Shown here piece by piece: positions 63,584 to 64,000 of a stretch of 64,000 bases of DNA. The DNA is taken from NCBI GenBank assembly GCA_963840855.1, contig CAWJBB010000062.1:97261-161260 (forward strand), in the 5' to 3' direction. The notes beneath the pieces are model-generated. The model saw nothing but the letters and a program-made list of their open reading frames with translations. It was not told the origin of the DNA and made no database searches. Numbering within the stretch: the stretch's first letter is position 1; the number at the start of each line of letters is the position of its first letter. A program made the translations under genes and the position numbers. Origin of the DNA: an uncultured delta proteobacterium. GTDB lineage: Bacteria > Desulfobacterota > Binatia > UBA9968.

Positions 63584-63925
63584 TCATTTGCTCGCCACGG
63601 GAGCGCCGTCGCTCTTGGGTAGCAAACCGCGGGATTCCAAATCGAGCCGCTGTTCCGGCGTCAATTTATTTAGTTGTGCGAATCCGCGACTCTCGCCCCG
63701 CCGGATACAATCATCGAGGTAACTTTGGACCCAGGCGCTGCCTAGGGCGAAACCGGAACCGCTGCACTCCATCGTAGCGCCGCTCTGAGGATGGACGAGT
63801 TTGACGCCGTGAGTTGTACACGCCGGTGCGGTGAGAAGAAAGAACAGGACAAGAGCGCGCCTGAAGAAAGGGTTGAATGCCGGCTTCCAAATTGGATTGA
63901 TCACTAGGTCCCTTTGGAGTAGCAA
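63584..63925 (-). CDS. Hypothetical exported protein/lipoprotein (start uncertain)
   Basis: Hydrophobic stretch followed by APAC, two further Cys, plausible composition. Confidence 0.55.
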   Translation of the reverse strand: MLLQRDLVINPIWKPAFNPFFRRALVLFFLLTAPACTTHGVKLVHPQSGATMECSGSGFALGSAWVQSYLDDCIRRGESRGFAQLNKLTPEQRLDLESRGLLPKSDGAPVASK

Positions 63926-63959
63926 TAAAAGTCTAGCAAGAAAATTGCGGGGGTTTAAG

Positions 63960-64000
63960 ATGCTGCTGAAAGATAAAATCGCGCTGGTGACAGGTTCGAC
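63960..64000 (+). CDS. Start of a short-chain dehydrogenase/reductase, partial
   Basis: MLLKDKIALVTGS is a typical SDR N-terminus. Confidence 0.7.
   Translation, partial: MLLKDKIALVTGS

Overview
Gene-dense bacterial chromosomal window (roughly 55-60% GC by eye). It carries housekeeping genes (PBP1A, ispH, amtB-glnA-PII, ileS-lspA, moaA) and many catabolic and transport genes of unknown substrate: two Tct systems, two UbiD, two MmgE/PrpD, two ThDP enzymes, several solute-binding proteins and an E1a/E1b/E2 dehydrogenase operon. The gene repertoire suggests an uncultured soil lineage such as Candidatus Binatia (inference only). About nine genes, including ileS and glnA, are split by single-base frameshifts, most simply read as long-read assembly errors. 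Main observations: (1) a MetE-like (cobalamin-independent methionine synthase II family) gene with an in-frame TGA exactly at the Zn-ligand Cys (H-I-[TGA]-R-G-N), followed by a SECIS-like hairpin, so a candidate selenoprotein; (2) a type 2 IleRS with the altered GVHH signature, preceded by a 30-codon relic of a type 1 ileS, suggesting in situ gene displacement; (3) an intact 2435-bp IS4-family element with a DUF4338-fused transposase and a 9-bp target duplication at the apex of a REP-like hairpin; (4) several palindromic repeat families inserted in the coding linkers of E2; (5) a duplicated, diverged 3' end of E1-alpha; (6) two distant sigma54 promoters with near-identical architecture. No rRNA, tRNA or CRISPR array was recognised.
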